60,237 nucleotides of DNA, taken from Myxococcota bacterium. GTDB taxonomy: Bacteria > Myxococcota > UBA4151. Numbering within the stretch: position 1 is the stretch's first letter; each line of letters starts with the position of its first letter. Position numbers and translations under genes: made by a program. Positions 39,442 to 48,330 of the stretch are shown here, piece by piece. The notes under the pieces were generated by a model that was not told where the DNA came from, did not search any database, and was given only the letters and a program-made list of their open reading frames with translations. The DNA lies in the NCBI GenBank assembly GCA_040260805.1, contig JBDQPD010000006.1:1-60237 (forward strand). The letters are read 5' to 3'.

Positions 39442-40275
39442 TTAGCGATCCGCCATGCACGCTTGGAACTGGTTCGGGCATGAGGTCCGACCGCAGTTGA
39501 AGTCACGGCAGCCAGCACGCATCATGCACATCATCACTGCGTTCATGAGCTCTGTGCTCTGGGCGCGGACATTGCGAGTGCAGCCGCCACCACATTGCTG
39601 ATCGTTCGGCGGACAGGCCATGGCGCATTGCAAGAAGTCAGCGCAGCTGTCGGTTCCGTTGCCGCCGGGATTCGGCGGACCACCGCCACCATCCATGTCG
39701 CCTGGATTCGGGGGGCGACCGCCGTCAGCCCCACCCGGTGGGTTTCCACCACCACCGCCGCCGCCGGCGCGCCCGCAGGCTTGAGCCTCTTCCTGACACC
39801 GTTGCATCAAGCAATTCGGATCGGCGCAGTTGTTGCGCTGTCCACACTCGAGCATGGCTTGAGTGACCTGACGATGCTCCGGAGCCACGGCGGCTAAGCA
39901 ACCGGCTATGCACTCCGCATCATTGGCGCAGTTCAGCGCACATTGCATGGCATCGATGCAGGAGCCACCACCGCCGCCGCCACCTTGACCAGCGTCAGGG
40001 CGTCCAGGCGTCGGACCCGAGTCCCGAGGGGGAGGAGGAGGTGCGCCAGCATCGTCTGGCGTCGCCTCACCCGCGTCAGCAGGCTCAGAGCCTGCATCTT
40101 CAGTAGGGGTCATGCCTGAGTCGGACGGCTCAGCACCGGTATCCGCAATCACCTGTCCAGCGTCAGGGGTTACGTTTCCCACGTCAGCAGTTCCAGCACC
40201 TCCGCCGCCATCATCGACGGCTTCTCCGCCGCAGGCGAAGAGGACAAAACACGAGGCTAGAGCAAGTTGACGCAT
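39442..40275 (-). CDS. Cys-rich lipoprotein with two 10-Cys helical modules and Gly/Pro linkers
   Basis: Lipobox LFAC; DAG-repeat linker; two modules with the same Cys pattern. Confidence 0.8.
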   Translation of the reverse strand: MRQLALASCFVLFACGGEAVDDGGGGAGTADVGNVTPDAGQVIADTGAEPSDSGMTPTEDAGSEPADAGEATPDDAGAPPPPPRDSGPTPGRPDAGQGGGGGGGSCIDAMQCALNCANDAECIAGCLAAVAPEHRQVTQAMLECGQRNNCADPNCLMQRCQEEAQACGRAGGGGGGGNPPGGADGGRPPNPGDMDGGGGPPNPGGNGTDSCADFLQCAMACPPNDQQCGGGCTRNVRAQSTELMNAVMMCMMRAGCRDFNCGRTSCPNQFQACMADR

Positions 40276-40422
40276 GGGGATCCCCTCTAATGACGAAATG
40301 TATTTTGCCTTGATTTGGATCAGTTTACCAGTTTGAGATCAGAATCGATCCACAACCCCTATCGAGCAGCATCGACTCGACAAGTGTTTGCGCACTGTCC
40401 AAGGTGCGTTGAGGAGACTCGA

Positions 40423-41202
40423 ATGAACACGACGCAAATCGAACATTTAGCGGAGCAGGTCGATCGGGCGGCGGCGAGCGGCAAGACACTGACCATGCTC
40501 ACTGCGAGCCATCCTGATTTGGATCTGCAGACTGCGTACACGGTTCAGCGTCACAGCATAGCTCGAAGGTTCGAGCGAAACGAACGTTTGGTGGGTATGA
40601 AGATGGGGCTCACCAGCTTTGCCAAGATGCAACAGATGGGTGTTCATGATCCGATTTATGGTCACCTGACCGACACCATGATCCTCCCGGTCGGTGGCGT
40701 CTTGAGTTTAACCGGTCTGGTTCACCCTCGCGTTGAGCCTGAAATCGCCTTCACCATGGGCTCTGATCTGTCGGGTCAGCCGACGCCCGAGGAGGCCTTA
40801 GCGGCCGTGGCGAGCGTGCATTCAGCGATCGAAGTGATCGACTCGCGCTACACAGACTTTAAGTTCACCCTGATCGACGTGATTGCGGACAACACCTCGG
40901 CGTGCCGCTACGTTTTGAGCGAAGGCGTACCGCTTGGCGATTTGGACCTTGGCGACCTCACCATCTCGATGGACGTGGGCGGACGAGAACAGCGCTCCGG
41001 GTCGAGCAGCGCGATCCTTGACCACCCGGCAAAATCGCTGGCTCGACTGGCCGCGATGCTCGAGGCGCGCAACGAAGGTCTCGTGGCGGGTCAAACCGTG
41101 TTAGCTGGAGCCGCCACTGCGGCGGTTCACGTCGCGGCGGGTGACCACGTCCGTGTTCAGGTTGAGGGGTTGCCCGATGTTCACTTCTCGGTGACCCAAT
41201 AG
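40423..41202 (+). CDS. 4-oxalocrotonate decarboxylase / 2-keto-4-pentenoate hydratase family (FAH superfamily)
   Basis: GMKMGLTS, PRVEPEIAF, EVIDSRY, IADN; SD GAGGAG. Confidence 0.88.
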   Translation: MNTTQIEHLAEQVDRAAASGKTLTMLTASHPDLDLQTAYTVQRHSIARRFERNERLVGMKMGLTSFAKMQQMGVHDPIYGHLTDTMILPVGGVLSLTGLVHPRVEPEIAFTMGSDLSGQPTPEEALAAVASVHSAIEVIDSRYTDFKFTLIDVIADNTSACRYVLSEGVPLGDLDLGDLTISMDVGGREQRSGSSSAILDHPAKSLARLAAMLEARNEGLVAGQTVLAGAATAAVHVAAGDHVRVQVEGLPDVHFSVTQ

Positions 41203-41211
41203 GAGGAAGCT

Positions 41212-41724
41212 ATGAGTCTATCGTCGATTAACTTCATGGGATGGATCAACGAGCACCGTGACCAGCTTAAGCCTCCGGTCGGCAACTGCGAAGTCTATCC
41301 AAACTCAGACTTCATCGTGATGGTCATCGGTGGGCCCAACACCCGCACCGATTATCACGTCAATGCGGGCGAGGAGTTCTTTTACCAACTCGAGGGCGAC
41401 ATCACGCTCAAAACGATCGAAGACGGCGAATTTCGTGATGTGACCATCAAAGAGGGCGAGATCCTGCTGCTGCCGCCAAACATTCCTCACTCGCCGCGCC
41501 GCCCAGCAGGAACCGTGGGTCTGGTCATCGAGCGCAAACGCAAAACAGACGAGATCGATGCGCTTCAGTGGTATTGTGAAAGCTGCAACCATCAGCTTCA
41601 TGAGGCGCGATTTTCGTTGCAAGACATCGCCAAAGACCTGGTCCCCGCAATCCAAAATTTCTATGCGACGAGCGGCCTACATCGCTGCACAAAATGCGGT
41701 GACGTGCATCAGATTCCCGCATGA
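41212..41724 (+). CDS. nbaC: 3-hydroxyanthranilate 3,4-dioxygenase
   Basis: LKPPVGN, GGPN-x-R-x-DYH, EEFFYQ, PHSP, rubredoxin-like CESC...CTKC. Confidence 0.95.
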   Translation: MSLSSINFMGWINEHRDQLKPPVGNCEVYPNSDFIVMVIGGPNTRTDYHVNAGEEFFYQLEGDITLKTIEDGEFRDVTIKEGEILLLPPNIPHSPRRPAGTVGLVIERKRKTDEIDALQWYCESCNHQLHEARFSLQDIAKDLVPAIQNFYATSGLHRCTKCGDVHQIPA

Positions 41725-42770
41725 AAATCGATCTTCACACCCACATTCTGCCCGAAACCTGGCCGGACCTGCATAAGCGCTACGGCTACGGTGAGTGGAT
41801 TCGCTTAGAACACCACAAGCCCTGCTGCGCTCGCATGATGCGCGCCGAGAAGTTCTTTCGGGAGATCGAGGATGACTGCTGGAACCCCGACCGTCGCGTG
41901 AGCGATTGCGACCATCACCGAGTCGACGTTCAGGTGCTCTCAACGGTTCCGGTGATGTTTTCTTACTGGGCTCGGCCTGAAGACACCCTCGATCTGTCGC
42001 GCATGCTCAACGATCATCTGGTCTCGGTGGTCGCTCGTTATCCGAAGCGCTTTATCGGTTTGGGGACCTTACCGATGCAGGCACCCGAGCTCGCCGTGCG
42101 CGAGCTCGAGCGCTGCATGGCGATCGGCTTAGACGGCGTCGAGATCGGCACCCACATCAATGACTGGAACCTGGACGAGGAAGCACTCGAACCGTTCTGG
42201 GCTGCCGCAGAAGAGCTCGGCGCAGCGATCTTTATTCACCCATGGGATATGATGGGTCAGGGGCGCATGCCTCGGCATTGGCTGCCTTGGTTGGTCAGCA
42301 TGCCCGCTGAGACAAGCCTCGCAATTTGCTCGCTCGCTATGGGCGGCGTTCTTGAGCGCTACCCCAAACTACGCATCTGCTTTGCGCACGGCGGTGGCAG
42401 CTTTCCGGCAACCATCGGGCGCATCGATCATGGCTTTGACGTGCGCCCTGACCTTTGCCAGACGCGCACCCAGACGCCACCGAGCCAGCTGCTCAATTCG
42501 ATCTACATTGACTCGCTGGTGCACGACCCCGGAGCGCTTCGCTTTATCGTGGAGAAGATGGGCGTTGAGCGGATCGCTTTGGGGACCGACTACCCCTTCC
42601 CGCTCGGCGAGTTGCAGCCCGGTCAACTGATCGAGAGCTCGGCGTTTTCGGCCCTTGAAAAGGAGCGCATGCTCTCGGGCACTGCGCTCGAATTTCTAGG
42701 ACGTAAACGCAGTGATTTCGAGACGGCAGCGAGTCTCGCCCACACGCAAGGGCTGAGCGGGAAAATCTAA
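41721..42770 (+). CDS. nbaD: 2-amino-3-carboxymuconate-6-semialdehyde decarboxylase (ACMSD)
   Basis: IDLHTH, QVLSTVPVMFSYW, HPWDM, AHGGG, GTDYPFPLGE. Confidence 0.95.
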   Translation: MKIDLHTHILPETWPDLHKRYGYGEWIRLEHHKPCCARMMRAEKFFREIEDDCWNPDRRVSDCDHHRVDVQVLSTVPVMFSYWARPEDTLDLSRMLNDHLVSVVARYPKRFIGLGTLPMQAPELAVRELERCMAIGLDGVEIGTHINDWNLDEEALEPFWAAAEELGAAIFIHPWDMMGQGRMPRHWLPWLVSMPAETSLAICSLAMGGVLERYPKLRICFAHGGGSFPATIGRIDHGFDVRPDLCQTRTQTPPSQLLNSIYIDSLVHDPGALRFIVEKMGVERIALGTDYPFPLGELQPGQLIESSAFSALEKERMLSGTALEFLGRKRSDFETAASLAHTQGLSGKI

Positions 42771-43552
42771 TGCGCATCGCATTTGAATGGAACAATCGCC
42801 GCTTCTGGGCAGATGTTCGAGCCGCGGTCGACCTGAGTTTTCCGGTCGACTTTAGCGGCGAGCAACCCACGTTCTTTGGCTTACCCAGAGCCGAGCAAGA
42901 GCCGATCATCGAGGGCGGGTTTGTCGGCGATACGGACCAAGGAGGTGGCTGCAATTGCCACCGCCTAATTCTTTGTCCTCACGGGAACGGGACCCACACC
43001 GAGAGCTTGCAGCATCTGCGCAGCGATGGCCCCGCTCCAGCACAGGTCATTCAACAACCGCTGATGCCGGCTCGAGTGATCAGCGTTGAGATCACGACCT
43101 TTGCCGAAAGTGGAGAGACGTACTCGAGCTTTGCTGAGCCCGGCGATCGCGTGGTGTCTCGACGCGCACTCATCGAAGCCGCCGGTGATGAAGCTCAACC
43201 CGAAGCCTTGATCATTAGGAGCTTGCCCAACCATGAGGCCAAAAAACTGGCCAATCACGATGAGCGTTGGGCGCCCTACTTCACCTTCGAGGCGATCGAC
43301 TGGCTGACAGCCCACGGACTCGACCATCTGCTCGTCGATTTGCCGAGTATTGATCGCCATGATGATGGGGGCGAGCTGCCCAACCACCACCGCTTCTGGG
43401 GTGCACTTGGCGACCACGCGACGCTCACCGAAATGGCCTATATTCCCAACCATGCGCTTGACGGCCTGTACTTATTGAACCTTCAAGTCCCCCACCTGCT
43501 AACCGACGCAGTCCCCTGTCGTCCGATGATCCTGCCTGCACTGGAGAACTAA
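42770..43552 (+). CDS. kynB: Cyclase-family protein, probable kynurenine formamidase
   Basis: PHGNGTHTE, DLPSID, HH; kynurenine operon context. Confidence 0.75.
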   Translation: MRIAFEWNNRRFWADVRAAVDLSFPVDFSGEQPTFFGLPRAEQEPIIEGGFVGDTDQGGGCNCHRLILCPHGNGTHTESLQHLRSDGPAPAQVIQQPLMPARVISVEITTFAESGETYSSFAEPGDRVVSRRALIEAAGDEAQPEALIIRSLPNHEAKKLANHDERWAPYFTFEAIDWLTAHGLDHLLVDLPSIDRHDDGGELPNHHRFWGALGDHATLTEMAYIPNHALDGLYLLNLQVPHLLTDAVPCRPMILPALEN

Positions 43553-44818
43553 GTGAACCCGCGGTTGGAACAAGCACGCGAGCTCGACGCCAACGATCCT
43601 CTGCGGTCGTTTCGCGACGAGTTTCATGTCCCCAAACATGATGACGGCAATGAGGTCGTTTATCTGTGCGGCAACTCGTTAGGGCTGCAACCCAAAGGGG
43701 TCCGAGCAGCGATTGAGCAAGAGCTTTTGGACTGGGAACAGCTCGGCGTGGAAGGGCACTTCAAGGGCAAGAACCCTTGGTATAGCTACCACGAGCCCCT
43801 GCTGGCGCCAGCGGCAAGAGTCGTCGGAGCCAAGCCCGGCGAGATTGCGCTGATGAACAGCTTGACCACCAACTTGCACCTCCTGATGGTCAGTTTTTAT
43901 CGCCCGACGAGCACACGCTACAAGATCCTCATCGAGGGGTCTGCCTTTCCTTCCGATCGGTACGCCGTGGCGAGCCAGACGCGCTTTCATGGCTTTGACC
44001 CCAAAGAAGCCGTGATCGAGATGCAACCTCGGGCTGGCGAGGACTGTCTTCGCCTTGAAGACATCGAGGAATTGATTGCGACCCAGGGTGGTGAGATCGC
44101 ATTGATCCTGTTTGGTGGTGTGAACTATTACACCGGGCAAGCCTTTGAGATGAAAGAGATCACCCGGCTTGGTCATGCAGCAGGATGCACCGTCGGTTTT
44201 GATCTGGCGCACGCCGCTGGAAATCTGGAGCTGGCTCTGCACGATTGGGGCGTCGATTTCGCCGCATGGTGCAGCTACAAATACATGAACAGCGGACCCG
44301 GTGGGGTCTCGGGTCTCTTTGTGCACGAGCGCCATGACGCAGGATCCTCGGACTTACCGAGATTTTGCGGTTGGTGGGGCGTTGATCCTAGCGAGCGCTT
44401 TACGATGCCCGATGAGTTCGCTCCTCAACCCGGAGCTGGCGCCTGGCAGCTCTCGAATGCGCCCGTCATGTTGATGGCGCCGTATCGTGTGTCGTTGGAT
44501 CAGTTCGATCGAGCGACGATGAAGGCGCTGCGGACCAAATCGCTCGCTCAAACCGAGTTCTTGATGACCCTGCTCGACGAGCTACCTGGGGGCGGACCTC
44601 AAGTCATCACGCCGCGTCAAGCCGATCACCGAGGCGGACAGCTAAGCCTTCGCTTCGGCGCTGAGGCTAAGGTCTTGCATGAAGCGCTGACTCAAGCGGG
44701 CGTGGTCTGTGACTTTCGTGAGCCCGACTGTGTACGGTTAGCGGTCGCGCCGTTCTACAATCGATTTGAAGAGTTGGTGCGATTCACCGAAATTCTACAG
44801 GAGACTCGAGGTGCCTAA
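43553..44818 (+). CDS. kynU: Kynureninase
   Basis: YLCGNSLGLQP, MNSLT-x-NLH, FPSD-x-Y, DLAHA-x-GN, WCSYKY-x-NSGPG. Confidence 0.96.
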   Translation: MNPRLEQARELDANDPLRSFRDEFHVPKHDDGNEVVYLCGNSLGLQPKGVRAAIEQELLDWEQLGVEGHFKGKNPWYSYHEPLLAPAARVVGAKPGEIALMNSLTTNLHLLMVSFYRPTSTRYKILIEGSAFPSDRYAVASQTRFHGFDPKEAVIEMQPRAGEDCLRLEDIEELIATQGGEIALILFGGVNYYTGQAFEMKEITRLGHAAGCTVGFDLAHAAGNLELALHDWGVDFAAWCSYKYMNSGPGGVSGLFVHERHDAGSSDLPRFCGWWGVDPSERFTMPDEFAPQPGAGAWQLSNAPVMLMAPYRVSLDQFDRATMKALRTKSLAQTEFLMTLLDELPGGGPQVITPRQADHRGGQLSLRFGAEAKVLHEALTQAGVVCDFREPDCVRLAVAPFYNRFEELVRFTEILQETRGA

Positions 44819-46097
44819 TCCCGTTCAAATCGTCGGAGCCGGCTTAGCAGGCTCGTTGATGGCTTTGTATCAAGCGCAACGCGGTCACCGTGTTCATCTA
44901 TGGGACCGGCGACCAGACCTGCGCAAAGCGAACATCTCGGCCGGTCGATCGATCAACTTAGCGATCTCGATGCGTGGCCTCACCGCCCTTGATCGTGTGG
45001 GGATGCGCGAAACCGTGCTCGCCGAAGCGGTCGCCATGCCGGGTCGTTTGATCCACGCACAAGACGGCTCCACGTCCTATCAAGCCTACGGTCAAGAAGG
45101 TCAGGCGATCCATTCGGTGTCTCGCCGATCGCTCAACGAGCGCTTGCTCGGCGCAGCGGAAGAAGCCGGCGCCGTAGCTCACTTTGGCGAACGCTGCCTT
45201 GACGTCGATCTTGAGACCGGCACCTTGACCTTCGAAAACGATCAAGGACCCCACCACGAAGCGTCGGCATTGACCATCGGCGCAGACGGCGTCTTCTCGT
45301 CCGTGCGCGGTAAAATGCAGCGCAGCGCTCGGTTCAACTATGAGCAGCATTACATCAGCCATGGATACTCTGAACTGTGCATCCCGCCGGACGCAAACGG
45401 TGGCTTCCAGATGGAGGCTCAGGCGCTCCATATTTGGCCTCGGCACGACTTCATGCTGATCGCTCTGCCGAACTTTGACGGTAGCTTTACGGTCACTTTG
45501 TTTATGCGCTTTGACCGCGACGGCAGCGGCAACGCCTGCTACGAGGACCTCAAAACACCAGATGATGTGCAAGCGTTCTTCGAGCGCGAATTCCCGGATG
45601 CGACCCCTTTGATCGAGAACCTCACGCAGGACTTCTTTGACCGGCCCCCGTCGGCTTTGTGCACGGTTCGCTGCAGCCCATACCATCGCGGCGACAAGGT
45701 GGTGCTGCTTGGCGACTCGGCGCATGCGGTCGTTCCATTTTATGGTCAGGGCATGAACGCAGCGTTCGAATCGGCGCGGGTGCTCGATGAGCTGCTGAGT
45801 GAACATGAGGGCGAGTCGGGCGCTGCGCTGCGTGCATTTAGCGCTCAGCGCGTCGCAGATGGTCACGCGATTCGTCAGCTCGCGCTGGATCACTTTGCCG
45901 ATATGAGCAGCGCCACAGCCGACGACGTCTTCTTGCAAGCACGCGCCCTTGAGGTCCACTTGGAGAACCACCTACCCGGCTACCGAAGCCTCTACGGAAT
46001 GGTCAGTTTTTCCAACGTCCCCTACGCCAAAGCGGTAGCTCAAGCGAAAGCACAGGGCGAGTTGCTGGCGCGAATGGGCGAGTTGGTCCAACATTAG
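44811..46097 (+). CDS. kmo: Kynurenine 3-monooxygenase
   Basis: GAGLAG, GRSINLAIS-x-RG, LHIWPR, IALPN-x-DGSFT, GDSAHA-x-VPFYGQGMN. Confidence 0.95.
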   Translation: MPNPVQIVGAGLAGSLMALYQAQRGHRVHLWDRRPDLRKANISAGRSINLAISMRGLTALDRVGMRETVLAEAVAMPGRLIHAQDGSTSYQAYGQEGQAIHSVSRRSLNERLLGAAEEAGAVAHFGERCLDVDLETGTLTFENDQGPHHEASALTIGADGVFSSVRGKMQRSARFNYEQHYISHGYSELCIPPDANGGFQMEAQALHIWPRHDFMLIALPNFDGSFTVTLFMRFDRDGSGNACYEDLKTPDDVQAFFEREFPDATPLIENLTQDFFDRPPSALCTVRCSPYHRGDKVVLLGDSAHAVVPFYGQGMNAAFESARVLDELLSEHEGESGAALRAFSAQRVADGHAIRQLALDHFADMSSATADDVFLQARALEVHLENHLPGYRSLYGMVSFSNVPYAKAVAQAKAQGELLARMGELVQH

Positions 46098-46119
46098 TGC
46101 TCCCATAGGGAGTCCGCTG

Positions 46120-48258
46120 ATGAACCTACGCTCAAGTTTTTGTCTTTTGTTGCTCGCATCGGCTTGCAGCGGTCCACCCAGCGTCAGCGACGGCCGCTGC
46201 GGCGACCTCAGGCTCAGCGTCGGCGAGGAATGCGATGACGGCAACGGCGTCGACACCGACGCCTGCACCAACGCCTGCACGACGGCTCGATGTGGAGACG
46301 GTGTCCTTCGCAATGATTTAGCGGCAGGCATTACCGGCGCCGAGCTCTGTGATGATGGAAACACCGAGGACAACGACGGCTGCACAGCGAGCTGTGCGGT
46401 GGCGCGCTGCGGCGATGGGCTGCTGCGCACGGACCTCGAAGCTGGCGATGAAGGCTACGAGGCCTGCGACGACGGCAACGATGACAACAGCGATGACTGC
46501 TCGAACAGCTGCCTAGTTCAGGGCTGCGGAGATGGTGTGATCCAGCCCGAGCGTGGTGAGATCTGCGATGACGGAAACACCAGCGACAACGACGGCTGCA
46601 CCAACCGATGCCGCCCTGCGGGCTGCGGTGACGGCAGCGTTTATGATGGCCAAGAAGATTGCGATGACGGCAACCGGGACAACTTTGACGCCTGCCTCAA
46701 CACCTGCGAGGCGGCTCGATGCGGTGACGGAACGCAGCGACGCGACCTTGAGGAGGGCGTCGAAGGCTATGAAGCGTGCGACGACGGAAACCTCGAGGAC
46801 GATGACGCCTGCCGAAACGGTTGCCTCCTGCCGACCTGCGGCGATGGCGTGCACCGGCGCGACTTGCACCCGACCGCCCCAGGCTATGAAGAATGCGACG
46901 ACGGCAACGACTCAAACGACGATGAATGCTCAAACGACTGCGTCTCTTTAGGCTGTGGAAACGGGCGCCTGAACGACGGTGAAGGCTGCGATGATGGCAA
47001 CATCGAAAACGCCGACGGCTGCCTCAACACATGCCAGATTGCCGTCTGCGGTGACGGGGTCACTCGCCGTGACCTTGATCCAGGTAATGAGGGCTTTGAA
47101 GCTTGCGATGACGGCAACGTCGAGGACAGCGATGCGTGCACCGCCGGCTGCGTCGCTGCCGTGTGCGGTGATGGGATCACTCGCGTGGATCTCGCCGAGG
47201 GCGACGAAGGCTTTGAGGCTTGCGATGACGCCAACGAGGACCCCAACGACGCCTGCACCGAATGCTTGGCTGCGCGATGCGGCGACGGCATCACCCGTGA
47301 GGATCTAGGCGAAGGCGATGAAGGCTATGAAGCCTGCGATGACGCCAACGAGGTCGACACCGACGGCTGCCGAAACGGCTGCGTTGCTGCGGTCTGCGGC
47401 GACGGCGTCGTGCGTGAGGACGTCGCAGAGGGGCAGGCAGGCTACGAAGCCTGTGATGACGGGAACGACGTCGAAGACGATGACTGCGCCGGCGACTGTT
47501 ATCCTCCTGGCGAGGGCAACATCAGCTTGGTGGCGACGCACGACGTCGCCGGAGGCTCGTTCTCTGGAACCCACTCAAACTTCCACCCGCAAGGGATCTG
47601 CTATGATCACTCCGGCAATCAACTTGCGATGGCGCATCAAGGCACCCGCCGCATCGACTTCATGCGCGTTGGAGAGCCCGGCCGTACCGGACAGATCGCG
47701 ACCAACCTTCACCACCAAACCTCGGTCGCTTGCGATGGCGACCGCTTCTTAGTGGTCGACTACACCGGCAACGCAGGCCGTGAGGACATGCACCGCGTCA
47801 ATCGCAACGGTGGCACGGCGATTCATTGGAACGAGCGAGCAGGCTATGGCGGCTTTCCGGTCGCAGTGTTTGGCGATGAACTGTGGCGAACCGATGTCTC
47901 ACGGACCTACAACTGGAGCGCTTTGACCCGGCTGCACCGAACCAACAAAGACAACCCGGCTCAAGTGGTCTCAAGTTTCAACGGTCCGTCCAACTCGGGC
48001 GTTGGCGATCTGTGCCATGACGGCTCAAAACTTTGGGTCCTTGGCTACGTGCACAACCGAGCCTCGCAGCAGATCAATCTCTGGGCGGTCGATCCGGACA
48101 ACGGCGCCCTCCTGAGAACCTATGAAAATGCGGGTCGCTGCCCACGCGGCGAGCCCAAAGGGCTAGCCTGCAATCGCACCAGCCGACGACTCTATGTGTA
48201 CTGCTACAACGAGACCCGAAATCAAGACAGCGCCTTGCTTGAATATCGCCATCCGTAG
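46120..48258 (+). CDS. DUF4215 (Myxococcus Cys-rich repeat) lipoprotein with C-terminal beta-propeller-like tip
   Basis: Lipobox ASAC; 12 CG(D/N)x...CDD(G/A)N repeats; non-repetitive C-terminus after CYPPG. Confidence 0.9.
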   Translation: MNLRSSFCLLLLASACSGPPSVSDGRCGDLRLSVGEECDDGNGVDTDACTNACTTARCGDGVLRNDLAAGITGAELCDDGNTEDNDGCTASCAVARCGDGLLRTDLEAGDEGYEACDDGNDDNSDDCSNSCLVQGCGDGVIQPERGEICDDGNTSDNDGCTNRCRPAGCGDGSVYDGQEDCDDGNRDNFDACLNTCEAARCGDGTQRRDLEEGVEGYEACDDGNLEDDDACRNGCLLPTCGDGVHRRDLHPTAPGYEECDDGNDSNDDECSNDCVSLGCGNGRLNDGEGCDDGNIENADGCLNTCQIAVCGDGVTRRDLDPGNEGFEACDDGNVEDSDACTAGCVAAVCGDGITRVDLAEGDEGFEACDDANEDPNDACTECLAARCGDGITREDLGEGDEGYEACDDANEVDTDGCRNGCVAAVCGDGVVREDVAEGQAGYEACDDGNDVEDDDCAGDCYPPGEGNISLVATHDVAGGSFSGTHSNFHPQGICYDHSGNQLAMAHQGTRRIDFMRVGEPGRTGQIATNLHHQTSVACDGDRFLVVDYTGNAGREDMHRVNRNGGTAIHWNERAGYGGFPVAVFGDELWRTDVSRTYNWSALTRLHRTNKDNPAQVVSSFNGPSNSGVGDLCHDGSKLWVLGYVHNRASQQINLWAVDPDNGALLRTYENAGRCPRGEPKGLACNRTSRRLYVYCYNETRNQDSALLEYRHP

Positions 48259-48330
48259 AGGCGTTAGCCAAGCACTCGAATCTGGTCCATTATACCGACT
48301 CGAATTGAGTCAAAGCGTTTGAGAGATATC

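Noticed and set aside
44958..45971. Long antisense ORFs (also 29212-30000, 49297-50106, 53504-54271, 59081-59857)
   Set aside because: Shadow frames opposite well-supported genes, expected from GC-rich codon usage; no recognisable motifs.
46100..46112. CTCCC-ATA-GGGAG hairpin over the SD of the first DUF4215 gene
   Set aside because: Only 5 bp with a 3-nt loop; too weak to support a regulatory claim.
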